64,000 nt of DNA, taken from contig OZ024743.1 of assembly GCA_964016885.1 (NCBI GenBank), forward strand, positions 253,642,001 through 253,706,000. Direction: 5' to 3'. Positions 1 to 15,552 of this stretch are shown here, one piece after another. Under the pieces are notes generated by a model. That model searched no databases. It saw only the letters and a program-made list of their open reading frames with translations, and had not been told where the DNA came from. The position numbers were made by a program, and so were the translations under genes. Positions within the stretch are counted from its first letter, which is position 1; each line of letters starts with the position of its first letter. This stretch comes from Eledone cirrhosa (Eukaryota).

Positions 1-868
1 GTGTATGTGTGTGTTGTCGGTACATGTGTGTATATATATATATATACATATGTATATATATATGTGTGAGCATACGTGTGTGCGAGTGTGTATGTGTATA
101 TCTTGCATACATGAGTGTGAGTCAATGTGCCCATACCCATGTGTATGTATGTGTATGTGTATATATGTAAAACACCTTCTACATCGCCTCTCACCTTCCC
201 CCATCTCTGTCGTTCGCCACCCCCACCGATACTCCCCCACTCTCCATATTGGTGTCCGCATGCGCGCATACACATACATGTGTGTACATATACATATGGC
301 TGTGTGTAAGCGTATGCCGATATGCGTGGGCAAGGATGTGCGTATGTGTTTTATGTTGTGTGTGTTTATACAACAATATATGTGCACATATATACATATA
401 TGTGTGTACGTATACGTATATACAAGGTATCTGTCTGACGAAGAGCGTCTAACTATGTATCTATGTAAGGACATGACGCCACCAATACATCCAATACACC
501 ACCACAACGCCGCTACCATAGACAAAGGCACCACTACCACACCCCCACCCCACGCCAACCCGTCTACTGACAATTCACTAACCTCATACCACAGCCCATC
601 CCACTAAATAACCTTAACCACCATCATATCATCACATACACCCCCACATACTCTACACGCCAAGGCCAACCCACCGCCACCACATCACAGCCCGCCTCAT
701 CCACAGACCGTCACCAACATCTCACCATCACACCCACCCTCATATACTCTACAGGCCAGTACATTGCCTTGATCCTTCTCACCAATCAAAACATCTCATT
801 TTGTCAAACTCTTGAAACTCTGACTTTATCACATAGCATGTATTTCATTTTCTTATAGCATTTTAAGA

Positions 869-955
869 GGGTCCGTCGAGCTGCCGATTATTGAGTCGGG
901 TAGGATCGATATAGATCGAACCTTGAGCTGATCAGTGGCGAAACGCGCGTCACCT
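869..955 (+). ncRNA. Type-I hammerhead ribozyme-like motif with long stem II and altered core
   Basis: GGGT-CCGTCGA-[GCTGCCGATT...GATCAGTGGC]-GAAAC-GCGC-GTC-ACCT, followed by AATAAA (959-964) and (TA)n. The core differs from CTGANGA at two positions. Confidence 0.5.
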
Positions 956-1031
956 ATCAATAAATGCAATGAAGGAATAATCAATCGTCCTTTTTATCCT
1001 TTATATATATATATATATATATTTATATATA

Positions 1032-1200
1032 CAAAGTATTAAAACATTTAGATCTTAGTTTAATACATTTATTTGCTGACAATTGTCACTTCCAGAGGGA
1101 TGGCTAGATTCATCGGAGCATAGAGAATGTATAAACAGGTGACTAAAATCCTACTCTTCAGAACATTTAGGCAGATACATAACTGTTGTCAGTGTCATAG
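1032..1200 (-). mobile_element. PLE pseudo-LTR fragment (same family as 25513-25680)
   Basis: Aligns by eye with 25513-25680; starts at a (TA)n tract; contains an HHR followed by AATAAA on the minus strand. Confidence 0.65.
1075..1119 (-). ncRNA. Decayed hammerhead ribozyme
   Basis: Minus strand GCT-CCGATGA-atctagccatccctctggaa-GTGAC-AATT-GTC-AGC; GAAAC is mutated relative to the copy at 25556. Confidence 0.55.
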
Positions 1201-1366
1201 ACATCATACAGAAAATCGGGAGTTAAAAAATAATGTTATGCTTCAGAAAACACATCTACAAGGAGCAATGGTGAAAGATGAAAAATAAGAATATTATGTA
1301 TAAAAAATGCATTGTTTAAGGTAATACATGTGAAAAAGGTACAAGCAAAAAAAAAAAAGATGTAAG

Positions 1367-1615
1367 ATGAGAGAGATAAAAGATAAAACTAGAAAACAAT
1401 TTCTTAAAATATTAAAAAACTTCAACATAGGTATCACTTTAGATAAAAACACCAAAAATGTTAACTTCCTTGATGTTACTCTTTACTTAGAATCTAAAAC
1501 CTTTACACCTTATCATAAACACAATGAAAAACTTTTCTATGTTAATAACAACTCTAACCACCCCAAATGTGTATTGACCTCAATCATTAAAGGGGTATCT
1601 AATAGAATTTCTAGT
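1367..1615 (+). pseudogene. Penelope-like RT C-terminal fragment
   Basis: VNFLDVTLYL..FTPYHKHNEKLFYVNNNSNHPK..IIKGVSNRISS matches VNYLDVTLNL..YYPYRKPNDTLNYISKHSNHPA..LVRNVSLRLSR of the PLE ORF at 27.6-29.1 kb. Confidence 0.8.
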
Positions 1616-1698
1616 ATATATATATAAAGAAAAAAAGATGAAATCGAAAATGCAACTGGAGTCTTATTTTTCTTTAAATATATATATTTATTTGGTTC

Positions 1699-1734
1699 CT
1701 TTACCGGTTTCGCAGTTCTTCTGCTTTTCAAAAG
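1699..1734 (-). ncRNA. Minimal hammerhead ribozyme, U3-A8 core variant (inverted arm copy)
   Basis: Reverse complement of 1832-1867. Confidence 0.65.
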
Positions 1735-1831
1735 TAGATTTGAGATGGAGGGTCTGTGGTTTTTCTGACATCTGTGTTTTTTCTCACAGATGTGAGAAAA
1801 ACCACAAACCCTCCATCTCAACTCTACTCTA

Positions 1832-1867
1832 CTTTTGAAAAGCAGAAGAACTGCGAAACCGGTAAAG
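1832..1867 (+). ncRNA. Minimal hammerhead ribozyme, U3-A8 core variant
   Basis: CTT-TTGAAAA-GCAG aagaa CTGC-GAAAC-CG-GTA-AAG; stems I and II pair, stem III region is the palindrome ACCGGT. Confidence 0.7.
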
Positions 1868-2010
1868 GAACCAAGTAAATATATATATATTTTAAAAAAT
1901 AAGACTCCAGTTACATTTTCGATTTCATCTTTTTTTCTTTATACTTTCACTCGTGTAGGACACCGGTTATTTTTCATTTTGTAAAAAAATCCTCACTTTC
2001 AAATAATATA

Positions 2011-2109
<99 letters not shown>

Positions 2110-2370
2110 GCATATGTAGATATGTGTATATTATATGTGTATATATATGAACCTGTTATGTTTATCTAAAGACATTTTTTTCCAATTCCACGCCCTCATC
2201 ACTTCAATCTATCCTATTTCTCATTCTTTCTTCGGATGAAGGACTAGTGTCTAAAACTTTAACACCCTCCTCCTGCTATTTCAAGTGTTAACCTCATATA
2301 TTCCTCCCATATACTGTACCAGTTGTGTTATAATTTTTGTTTACATTTTACATACACACACATATATATA

Positions 2371-2570
2371 TGAGAAAAACCACAAACCCTCCATCTCAAT
2401 ACTACTTTTGAAATGCAGAACTGCGAAACCAGTAAAGGAACCAAATAAATATATATTTAAAAAAAAAAAGACTCCTGTTGCTTTTTCAATTTCATCTTTA
2501 TTCCTTATATTTTCACTCGTGTAGGACACCTGGGTCTTTTTACATTTTGTAAAAAACCTCACTTTCTAAT
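2371..2570 (+). mobile_element. Diverged second sense copy of the 1790-2004 HHR element
   Basis: Direct similarity; decayed HHR at 2405-2437 (TTGAAAT-GCAGAACTGC-GAAAC-CA-GTA-AAG); TA runs on both sides. Confidence 0.75.
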
Positions 2571-2675
2571 ATATATATAGGAAAATATATGACCCCGACT
2601 GCAGAGTCCAAGCCGTTTCGACGGCTATTTCTGGACGCGTTATGGTCCATCTGTTTCCTTACCACAATTCCTTCG

Positions 2676-2735
<60 letters not shown>

Positions 2736-2777
2736 AAAGAAAACAGAGAGTGCTTATAACATCAATCAATTTTTATT

Positions 2778-2827
2778 CGCTGACAGTGTTTCATCCATAC
2801 CATGGGGCAGGACTCAGCTTGAAAGCG
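2778..2827 (-). ncRNA. HHR-like motif with aberrant 5' core
   Basis: Minus strand CGCT-ttcaagctga-GTCC...GGAT-GAAAC-ACT-GTC-AGCG-AATAAA, next to (TA)n. Confidence 0.4.
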
Positions 2828-3894
2828 TTGAAAACAAAAGTACAATAATGAAGATAACTTCTACCGACCTACATCAAAAGAACAATAGATATATGGTAGA
2901 GGATCATAGGATAATAGGGAGAATGGAGAAGATACATAATAGTGTTGTTAGTCAAAGTAGGTAAAAATAAGGACAAATAAGGAAAAATAAGGGAAAATAA
3001 AGTAAAAGGAAATAATCACACAAGAGATAGATTCATGTGAAGGAATCGGTGAAGGCGATAAAGAAAAAAGAAAGAATACTCAAAAATAATAAAAATATAA
3101 AAAATAAAAAATAAATTAAATAATAAAAAATAACAATTAATTAAACAATAATTAAAAAATAAAAAAATAAAAAAATAATTGTAACAGTTAAAAAAATTAA
3201 AAAAGTAATAATTAAAAATAATTAAAAATAATTAAAAATGTAAAAATTAAAAAATTAAAAAATTAAAAAAGGAAATTAAAAATTAATTTAAAAAATAATT
3301 AAAAAATATTATGTTACAAAATAATTAACAAGAGAGAGGGGAAGGCATAGATGCATATGAGGGCACACAGACGCAATGAGAGAAAGCATGCATTGGTCAC
3401 AGTCGAATAGATATAGGCCAGACAAAGAGTCGTATATCCTATAGTTTCACAGGGTGAGCCACGGTGGACTCGAATGTTACAGTTGTCAAAGTAGGGATAT
3501 CCAGCAGATAAATTATACTAGCACTAGGCATCAACAGGGGTGTCATATAGAAAAGTGCTATGTAGCCCTTAAAGTATGGTAATAAGGTTCAGAGGGGATT
3601 TAGTAGTCTCGATATTCAGCACGGTTAGGGTAACCATAAGATAGTGGAGCTGTGTGGATATGAGGTGTTAGTCTTGCATAAGGATGGGTACAGCACAGGC
3701 AGAAGCAGGAACACAAGCAAAGCAGGGTAAATGTATAGAAGAAGCTGAAGCAGTCAATTCACAACGAAAAATTCATAACAGAAAATTCATACATGGTTTA
3801 AACAATGTTTGAGGCATATCCGGCAAGGGGAACAAAAAACATATATATCGTAAGTAGATGGTAACTCACGAACTGTCACAACATATATACACAC

Positions 3895-3942
<48 letters not shown>

Positions 3943-4696
3943 TTCATAGATGGTATTCCAGTCATGTTCATACATCCACATGTAGGTATCATAACGTATG
4001 GTACTATATATTATGAGCCGGTGTTAAAATCGAAATCCTCATATAATTAGTGCTCCAGATTGCGGTCACCCACAGTTATGTACATCTAATTCCGTGTTCC
4101 GAGGGTATTATTGTCCGAACATTGCATGAACACACATTATAGCAGTAGCTTGTTGACTATTCACATGAAGCACGTGGTTAGACAAAGAAACTTAAAATAT
4201 AATATAATATAACATGATATATGACATGACATATAAAATATACAAGTGTACAGAACGAATCAGTAATTCTGTCCAGCGCAACTGTGAGTCAATTAACTCA
4301 TACTTGTTTACATTAACTAAACAACTTGTTCATTAACTAAACAACTTGTTTAGTTAATGGAAGAGAGAGGAGTTTAATCAACTGATAGGAAGGTATATGG
4401 TGCTGATGACAGCTAATAAGCCAGAAACTAGTTCATCTTTCCTTTGTCAGTGTTGAACAAAATGGCAACGATGGTTGCCGAACACTGTACGGCTAATAAT
4501 TCGGGCTGTTTATTTACAAACAAAGCGAGCATTATAATAAATGTTCGGTAAACCCATACGTACATATATATATGTGTTCATGTATGTATAAACATACTAC
4601 TGTACGTCTGTATACATATGTGTATGTACGTATACATACTTATATTTAAGTATCAGCCGTACTAAGAGTGAGAAATGAATGTTCGTTTCATTTTTT

Positions 4697-4745
<49 letters not shown>

Positions 4746-4804
4746 AGAAAGAAAGAAGACTGACACAGTTTGCTATACTATATAATAAGGACTGTAATCA
4801 CTTT

Positions 4805-4841
4805 GCTGACAATTGTTTCTCTAAACTGGTAGGTCTAGAGA
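4805..4841 (-). ncRNA. Truncated HHR (3' half only)
   Basis: Minus strand TCTAGAC...GTTTAGA-GAAAC-AATT-GTC-AGC with no CTGANGA; insert sits between (TA)n tracts. Confidence 0.35.
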
Positions 4842-4898
4842 TCGCTACCTATAACAATAATAGGACTACCTATATCAATAATCTGTTATCCCGTATAA

Positions 4899-4954
<56 letters not shown>

Positions 4955-5764
4955 ATGCGTGTGTGTATGTGTGTATTCTTTTATTTATATGTGCACTTAC
5001 ATATTAATTCTTGAATATGTCCATGTATATTTAATGTTATTCGATCAAACCTACGTTTGGTGATCAGAGATTGTCTTAGCTGATAGAGAAGACGATAACA
5101 AAAACAAGAAGAAGAAATTCTGAAAGAACTATATGAGTCAATGACTTTATGAAATATGTATGGAACAATTCTCGCTTCATTTATATGTATATATAACTAA
5201 ATATATGTACGTCCATATCTAGAACTTGAATATTCATTTAACTCCGTTCTTTCCATTTATATGAATGTCTCTATGCGTCAAATGTATACATTTACATCCA
5301 TAATTTCATTCTTTCAATGCATTTATCTATTCAATATATCTCTAGTTATGTATATATAAATATCTCCTTTATAGTTGGACAAAATTTGCATGCGTACATA
5401 TGTATTTATGTATATAGCTGTAAAGTTTCGACCTTGATAGTAACAGGCCATATTCCACAAGTAAAAATACTTTTATGACAATTCTTCTAAGTTGCCACAG
5501 TCGTTTTTATGTGAAAGCTTTCCAAACTAACAGACGATTTTCATAAAAGAATTCTATCAAAAAGTCTTCCGTATTAGCAGTATTTATCAGTGTTTATTGC
5601 ACTTCTGGAATTAAACCAATTCCCAATTATTCAGATATATTCTTTCCGTGCTACGAGATGTCCATAACTTTTAATTTCCACATCATGTGTAATAAACACA
5701 TTAAATAATATGAATGCCGATTAATTAACAATTCTGCTAGTTCATAAAAAGATAAAATGTTTTG

Positions 5765-5895
<131 letters not shown>

Positions 5896-6059
5896 ATATC
5901 AGAGATCATGCAAAGATGGTTGAACTATTGAGTAAACTGAGTTAATGTTTTAAGTACATTTTAATAAATCTACTGACTTCTATCTGTGGTGTAAAAGTGT
6001 GTTATGCTGGAAAAGGGATGGTAAGCAAGAGAGAGAGAGAGCGGGCAAAAGAAAAAAGA

Positions 6060-6196
6060 GAGAGAGTATCAAAAGGAGTATTGTGTCAATGACGATACTG
6101 GCGCCTACCAACATCAGAGTTTTCCTTCCCTCTGACGATATCAGTTGCATGGTGGGGAGAGAGGAGAGACTAGCATGAAGAAGAGTGAGTGTGTGT

Positions 6197-6249
<53 letters not shown>

Positions 6250-6304
6250 GCGGGCAAAGAGAAAAAGAGAGGAGAGACTAGCATGAAGAAGAGTGAGTGT
6301 GTGT

Positions 6305-6378
<74 letters not shown>

Positions 6379-6512
6379 GGCAAGAAGAAAGAGAGGGGGG
6401 AGAGACTAGCATGAAGAAGAGTGAGTGTGTGTGAGATAGTCAGAGAGGGAGAGAAAGAGGCGGGCAAGAGAAAGAGAGAGAGTATCAAAAGGAGTATTGT
6501 GTCAATGACGAT
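6060..6512. repeat. (GA)n-rich local tandem duplications
   Basis: GAGAGACTAGCATGAAGAAGAGTGAGTGTGTGTGAGATAGT occurs three times, separated by (GA)n; AGAGTATCAAAAGGAGTATTGTGTCAATGACGAT at both ends. Confidence 0.8.
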
Positions 6513-7956
6513 CTGGAAAGAGGTGATAAGAGTGTATATTAGCGAAGGAGAAAAAGGTGGTGATGGCAGCTGTGGAGGTTGGTATAGATCGTATGAGAGA
6601 GGGGATTACTTTTACGAAAGACATGTCTTTTTCCTTAACCATAGACAACTTAACCCGGGCTCACAATGATAAGGTAGTGAGTTAGATTTTTTGACTGGCT
6701 AGTGGTGAGTTTTGCCTTGAAGAAAGACTACGATATTCTATTTCACTGAGTCAGGCACATCGCCAGGTTTTGTTGATTTGCTACTTTAGAACATTCGGGA
6801 TGATATACGTATTTTTGACCAGCTTCTTTAGTTATAGATTTTTATTTGTTTATATTTGTTATTTCTTAATTTTGTTATTTGTTTTTATATTGAGAAAAAG
6901 AGATAGTAAAGCCAAGACTCCAAGGAAGTTATTGTAGGAGATTTTTTTAGAAAATCTATTTTCTAAATTTCAGGGTGTATCACTAAATGTATGCCGAGTC
7001 GGCACTTAGGTGGAAAGAATGAGTCGCGCCGATACTGGCGCTTATCTACATCAGAGTTTTCCTTCCCTCTGATGATATCAGTTGCATGGTGAGGAGAGAT
7101 GAGAGACTAGCATGAAGAAGAGATACTTGTATGTATAGACGACTGCAGTTTTTCTACAAAACGCCCTGTCCAGGCTACGGCAATGAGGTAGCAAAATCCA
7201 TGCCCAATCACGGCTGAATAGCTCCTTTTGTTTTTTTCAAAATTGATACTGCCAATGAGTTTCCAATGTTTACTTAATCGTCAAAGCATTTTCATAACAC
7301 ATTTTGTGACCTTATCAATTACTTTTTATCCTCTGTGTCTTTTCAACTTTTCAGCATTGCCTCCAGCTCCAGTTAGACCATTTTCTATTTTTTAGTTACC
7401 AGATTAATGATAATAAAAGAATCTGAAGTGAAACTTAACTGGTGCACGTGTTTTATTGGCAGCGTCAATCTTCCAAAGTATAACGGTATTATAAAACATA
7501 TTTCGCAATTAAATAGAGGTTTATCCTTTTGAACTGACTCTACGTCAAAAATATATTTTCTATTCGATACGTTACAGAATAAAAGGGATCTAAAATATTC
7601 AATTAATATTACGACTTTAAAGTTCACTTTGTTGGTTATCAAATGCAATGTTTTTGTTTTATTGTACTTCAATTTTTCAAAAAAGAAATTGCTTCTATGT
7701 TGAATGTGATTCACTTTATCAATTGATAAAATTGATAAAATTGATACAGCTAACAGTGTAAAGAGGGGAAGGATAAGGAGGAAATGATGAAAAAATTAAG
7801 TGATTGGGAACATGGTTCACTAATATCTATTCTCCTCCATCGTATCGTTCTATATATGGATATGTAGAGAAGAACAAATTGAACAGGTTTTTCTAGCCAT
7901 ACATCAGTTTATTTGCCTTTCTATTGAAATTCAAATCTCTTCGTAAAAGGGGTGCA

Positions 7957-8106
<150 letters not shown>

Positions 8107-8600
8107 TATATATATGTGTGTGTCTACATATATATGTGTATATAAAAATTCATTGAAAGGCATCATTGAAAAATATGCTTACAGGATGGAGAAATGAAAA
8201 TAATTTTGATGAATAAACTTCATTTTAAATTGATGTATACGCATATCTGTGTGTGTGAGTATATAGCTATATATCTATCTCTATATATGTATGCATTTAT
8301 ATATATATATATACGCATATGTATTTATGTGTGTGTATGTATACACGCACACGCACATATATATATATATGTGTGTGTGTGTATAGGAAATGTGAAAATG
8401 TTGTATATTAAAAGCAGAAACATCAAATGCGTGTATTTTAATACAGATGATCATATATTACTACATCACTCTCAACATTCATCTTGTTTACAGTGTACTG
8501 TTTACCGTATACGTACTTCCACATACATAATTATGTTGTGGCTTTTGTTAGTGTTTTTATGATATTTTATCTTAAATCTCTTTTTCATATTATGATATAT

Positions 8601-8633
<33 letters not shown>

Positions 8634-8670
8634 TTATTTATTTATATAAATATATTTGTGTGTGTATGTT

Positions 8671-8746
<76 letters not shown>

Positions 8747-9004
8747 CATGCATACACACACACACACACATACTTACATATATACACACACATACAAACG
8801 TACTGAGGTACATAGATATTACCTTCCTATAAAATTTCATCCCTTTCATACAAGCACAAATGTCAACTCTAGTCCTTTTGTTTACAGTACACTGTATCTA
8901 TATCTTGAACAGTTTTTTTCTCTTCTGTGTATGATATATAAAGTAAATACACCACACACACTCACACATTTATAGATAGAAAGGGAAATAGATATATACA
9001 CGCA

Positions 9005-9580
<576 letters not shown>

Positions 9581-9963
9581 TGTGTTAATGCATAAAAAAC
9601 AAAAAGAATACATAAATAAGAAAACAACAATAAAAATAATAATAAAATTATTGCATATCATATCCCATACAATCTTCTTTTATACTCTGATTTGCTGATG
9701 TATATTGCAAGGTATATCAGCAGACTTAATAAATATTTCTCTTCTATCTTAAATTAAATTGACTTTTTTTTCTGCTTCATTTAAATGCAGCTTGTTTTTT
9801 TTTTTTTGTTTTTTTTTTACGTTTATTATATTTTATTTTCAGTTATTTTATTTTTTTTCATTTTATTTTCCATACCTGGCATCTGTTTATGAAAACATCA
9901 TAGAGAAATAAATGTTCACTCTAGGAATTTGTCTATCTATTTATGTCTATAAATATGTGTATG

Positions 9964-9997
<34 letters not shown>

Positions 9998-10024
9998 AAA
10001 AAAAATTTTTTTTATTTTTTAGAT

Positions 10025-10025
10025 T

Positions 10026-10101
<76 letters not shown>

Positions 10102-10141
10102 TATATATATTTATATATATAGATATATATTTATATATATG

Positions 10142-10184
<43 letters not shown>

Positions 10185-10202
10185 CTATATATACATATGT
10201 AT

Positions 10203-10250
<48 letters not shown>

Positions 10251-10479
10251 TTATATATATATATGTATTTATATGTATATATTTTTATATATATATATAA
10301 ATATATGTATATATATATATAAATATATATATGTGTATATATATATATATATACATACATACTTACATTTAAATATATGTATATATATATATATATAAAT
10401 ATATATATATATACATATATATATGTGTGTTTATATATATATATATGTATATATATGTAAATATATATATGTAAATATA

Positions 10480-10549
<70 letters not shown>

Positions 10550-10681
10550 CGTGTGGGTATATGTATATATACATATATACATATATATATGTATATATAT
10601 ATGTATATATATATGTATGTATCTATATATACATATGTATGGTTATATATATATATATATATATATTTAATATATACCCAC

Positions 10682-10715
<34 letters not shown>

Positions 10716-10761
10716 ATATATATATATATTTATATATATATACATATATATATATGTATAT

Positions 10762-10817
<56 letters not shown>

Positions 10818-10835
10818 CATATATATATATATAAA

Positions 10836-10916
<81 letters not shown>

Positions 10917-11030
10917 CATATATATATATACATACATATATATGTATATATAATATATATATATATATACATATATAAATGTGTGTGTGTGTGTAACACA
11001 CACGCACGCACGCTCGAATATATATATATA
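10025..11030. repeat. ~1 kb interrupted (TA)n/(TG)n tract
   Basis: Direct reading. Confidence 0.95.
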
Positions 11031-11379
11031 TAATTCTTACACATTTTTTAACATGATATTAATTCAGGATGATGAAGTCAAAGATACAGTACTCTTGTTG
11101 TATTCACTTCTATCGTATCTTTATAACAGGATTCTAATTTACAAAATATTCTCGTTATACTTTTATGAGTCCTATATGTTGCTGTGCTAACATATATGTT
11201 TTATATACATATGAAAGGAGATACATTTATGAAATATATATATATATATTCTAAAATATAGTCACGTTACATTTATGATAGTCGTCTCTTTCAGGCTTAT
11301 TGGTTAAGTGAATATGGCGTCAGTGTAACATTCAATAACGATATATATTTTTTATACTACAGAGTTGGCAAACGGCACG

Positions 11380-11620
11380 GGTGAGCCCTGCTTGTTGGAA
11401 AGATAAGGATATAGCTTAAAGTCTTACATCTGAAGGGAGACAAATAGAGCGAGACCAAGGAAAAGATGGACAGAGGATGTCGGACCTGATCTCATATCAT
11501 AGAATCTCACAGAGAATATGACAATTTACCGAGGGGAATGGGGTGATGCTCTGTTGGAAAGGACCCGTCCAAGTCATGCAAGCCTCGAAAAATGAACATA
11601 AAACAGTGATGATGATGAAC
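11380..11620 (+). mobile_element. Old RTE-like LINE 3' remnant
   Basis: Degenerate RPRKRWTED-type terminal peptide and a (GAT)n tail. Confidence 0.4.
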
Positions 11621-11699
11621 TATACGTTGGGGGCATCTTTGAGGGGGGTTATTTTATTTTTATATCAATGATTTCTTGAAATTCAGATATAATTTTCCA

Positions 11700-11960
11700 G
11701 CAACATCCTGATGAATTAAGCCACCAACCTAGGTTTTGCTTCTGAAGATCACATGTTATTGAAATTCTGGCTGCTTTCTGATAGAGTTGTCGTTGGACCT
11801 GTAGCATAGGAGACTTCTGGAATCCTGGGTCTCCACACAACATCCCTAGATGCTGTGATTAAGACAGATTTTGTAACAGGCAAGAGGGAATGGCTATTTC
11901 AATGCATATCCCTCGCTATCCTCCGGGTAGCTCTTCCCTATTCTGTCCACTGTAACCTTG
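11700..11960 (+). mobile_element. Old CRE-like LINE 3' remnant
   Basis: VTGKREWLFQCISLAILR resembles the CRE C-terminal WLFQRLSxAxxRGN motif. Confidence 0.45.
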
Positions 11961-12596
11961 TGGCGGTATGCGTCTTGGGCTCTGATAGCTTTTTCAAATG
12001 GTCCATAGCATGCTACTATATAATTGTGTTAGTAAAGCTGATGCTCTGTGTATTATTGGAGAACATTCTCCAACATTGTCCAGGCATATATCATAGTGAC
12101 ACTGACGATTGTGATATGTGTATTATTTGAAAACGTTCTCCAGTATTGTCTAGGTATATGTCATTGAGGTTGCGCTGGTGGTGGTTTTTGTATTACTCTC
12201 AATTTTATTTGTGTTATTTGTATTACTCTACACATATTCAATATGTATATATTAGCACATTCTATACCAATACATCACCTTCTATACCAAGACACCATCC
12301 ATTACTACCATCCATACCACGGTTTATTATAGTAGCATGCTGTGGTCCATTTGGGGGTTGAATGGAAGGAAAGCAGAGAGTGTGAGATGAGATCGGTGAA
12401 ATGCAAGCTGTGGTGTATGTTTCCTGTATGAATGCACATGGCTAAGTGTGCAGGGTGTTTAGGCTTTGATCTTAAATCATGTGTTCAATTCCCAGAAGCA
12501 CGTTGTGTACTGGAATATGATGAATTATTTCCTACTGAATTGGCGGTTATGGAAAATGATATGAATAAAACGGCGGACTGTATGGTTGCATTTAAG

Positions 12597-13320
12597 TATA
12601 ATGAAAATAAAAAAAGTTACGGGCGACAGATTTCTGATATTTCTTCCCGTTAGAGAAAGATATCTCGACCTAGTACGATCAATAACTAAAATAAGTTATT
12701 GGGATAAAAAGGGAGAGAGAGAAAAAAATACGTAAACAGACCCTAAAATTAAAGCAACGTAAAGAGAGGAAAAATAGATCCATATCCACTGTGACCCGAC
12801 TTTTCTCTTCCCTTGTTGTTATCAACTCTCCCTCTTCTCTCTCTTTCTCCCTCTTACTTCCGCTCACCCCCTCTGTCAGTCACCTTCTCTCTGCTAGCCT
12901 GCCACTATAACTACCTCTTTCTCGCTTCCTCTTACTTTCACTCACTACCTCTCTGCTAGTCAACCTCTCTCCACTAGTTCACTTCCTCCCTCGTCTGTCA
13001 CTGCAAGCAATCTTTTTTTCGCTCACACTGCTACAGTCAAGACGTGTCTGTTCTCTCTCGTCAGACTTGCCAGGACTTATGTCCGAAAAAAGTTTGTTGA
13101 ATTGATATTTTTCCTCTCTTTACGTTGCTTTACTTTTCGTGTCTTTTTTACGTATTTTTTTCTCTCTCCTCCTTTTTATCCCAATAACTTATTTTAGTTA
13201 TTGACCGCACTAGGTTGAGATATCTTGCCTCTAACGCGAAGAAATATCGATGATTCCTCGCAGAAAACTGATGATGGATAATACCTTCTTTCGCCCGTAA
13301 CTTTTTTTACTTTCATTATA
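12597..13320. mobile_element. MITE-like element with ~190-220 bp imperfect terminal inverted repeats
   Basis: 12597-12780 is the reverse complement of 13103-13320 (TATAATGAAA...TTTCATTATA); both ends finish in TA; non-coding interior. Confidence 0.6.
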
Positions 13321-13326
13321 CATATG

Positions 13327-14135
<809 letters not shown>

Positions 14136-14294
14136 TATGTATACGTACATACATGTATGTATACAGACGTACAGTAGTATGTATATATATACATACATGC
14201 ACAAATATATATATGTACGTATCCACTGAATTATTATTATTTTTATATGAGTTGCTATTGTCCGCGCATCGCCTGGGAACTTAGCTGAGAATAG

Positions 14295-14376
14295 ACTCCC
14301 TGATGACGTATGGAATTCTCTATAGTCATATTATGTTACTATATTTATCCCCATACAGAAACTAATTAGTTGGAGT
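14295..14376 (+). ncRNA. Type-I hammerhead ribozyme
   Basis: ACTCC-CTGATGA-cGTATGG...CCATACa-GAAAC-TAATTA-GTT-GGAGT; perfect 5 bp stem I. Confidence 0.85.
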
Positions 14377-14832
14377 GAAAATTTTATTAAGTAAGTTGAT
14401 TTATAATTTTTAAAATTTTCTTATTTTACGTCTTTCATATAATTGTTCTGCATCCCCCTGCATAGAACCACGAAAGTACTAAGACATAACATATATATTT
14501 GCTAGCATAGGTGAACATATGTACACATATGTTGGTAAATGTACTAATTCTCTATATTTATCTCCAAATTATTAGTTGAGCAAAACTTGTCAAAATTTAC
14601 TGCTGATTCATGGTAGTAGTAGGCTCTTGTCATAATACCACTCCGCTCCTAACTGATTAACCTCAGTGTCACGTGATTGATTCTTTAGAATCTGCCACTG
14701 ACCAGAAGCAGAGAATTTTTTCAGTGCTCCGGAATTTAGTCCTCGCTAGCTTTATTCCATCCACTGAATTATTATTATTTTTATATGAGTTCCTAGTGTC
14801 CGCGGATCGCCTGGGAACTTAGCTGAGAATAG

Positions 14833-14914
14833 ACTCCCGTATGACGTATGGAATTCTCTATAGTTATATTATGTAACTATATTTATCCCCACACAGAAAC
14901 TAATTAGTTGGAGT
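14833..14914 (+). ncRNA. Mutated hammerhead ribozyme (second unit)
   Basis: Core reads CGTATGA; stem II 3' strand reads CCACAC. Confidence 0.6.
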
Positions 14915-15552
14915 GAAAATGTTAGTAAGTAAGTTGATTTTTAATTTTTAAAATTTTCTTATTTTACGTCTTTCATATAATTGTTCTGCATCCCCCTGCA
15001 TAGAACCACAAAGGTACTAAGACATAACATATATATTTGCTAGCATAGGTGAACATCTGTACACATATGTTGGTAAATGTACTAATTCTCTCTCTCTCTC
15101 TATATATATATTTATTTATATTTTACTTTCTTATATATATATATATATATATACATATATTTTTTGTATTTTTTTGTTCTTATTTATTTATTTAGTTATT
15201 CCTGCTTCCTTACTACTTCCCGGTTTGGGAGTGCATATATATCTGTATATGTATGTGTATGTATTTATGTATATATCTGTGTATATGTATGTGTGTGTAT
15301 TTATGTTCTTGTCCGTATCTCTTTGTAGACGCAAATACGCTTATGTGAGAAAGTATACGTCTAGGTACTATTAGGTATATGCGCGTAGTTGAGTGTGTGT
15401 ATGTTTACGTTCTGGATATTTATATTTTTATATATATATATATATTTTTTCTCCCTATTTCCTTTTGCCCGTTTTTGCAGCCTCACTTTCATATTTGGTA
15501 AATTTTGTTTTCAAATCCATATTTAATAAAAACACCATGTATTTTATTCATT

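Larger units (their letters stand above)
1623..2004. mobile_element. Fold-back HHR mini-element between (TA)n tracts
   Basis: 1623-1775 is the reverse complement of 1784-1943; the right arm has an extra ~60 bp tail; a further sense copy lies at 2371-2570. Confidence 0.8.
14221..15091 (+). mobile_element. Retrozyme-like tandem element, 538 bp unit, ~1.6 copies
   Basis: ATCCACTGAATT at 14221 and 14759; one HHR per unit; no ORF; TA-rich flanks. Confidence 0.8.

Noticed and set aside
2230-2265. CGGATGA-AGGAC...GTCT-AAAAC HHR-like motif
   Set aside because: Both core halves are altered and stems I and III do not pair; too decayed to call.
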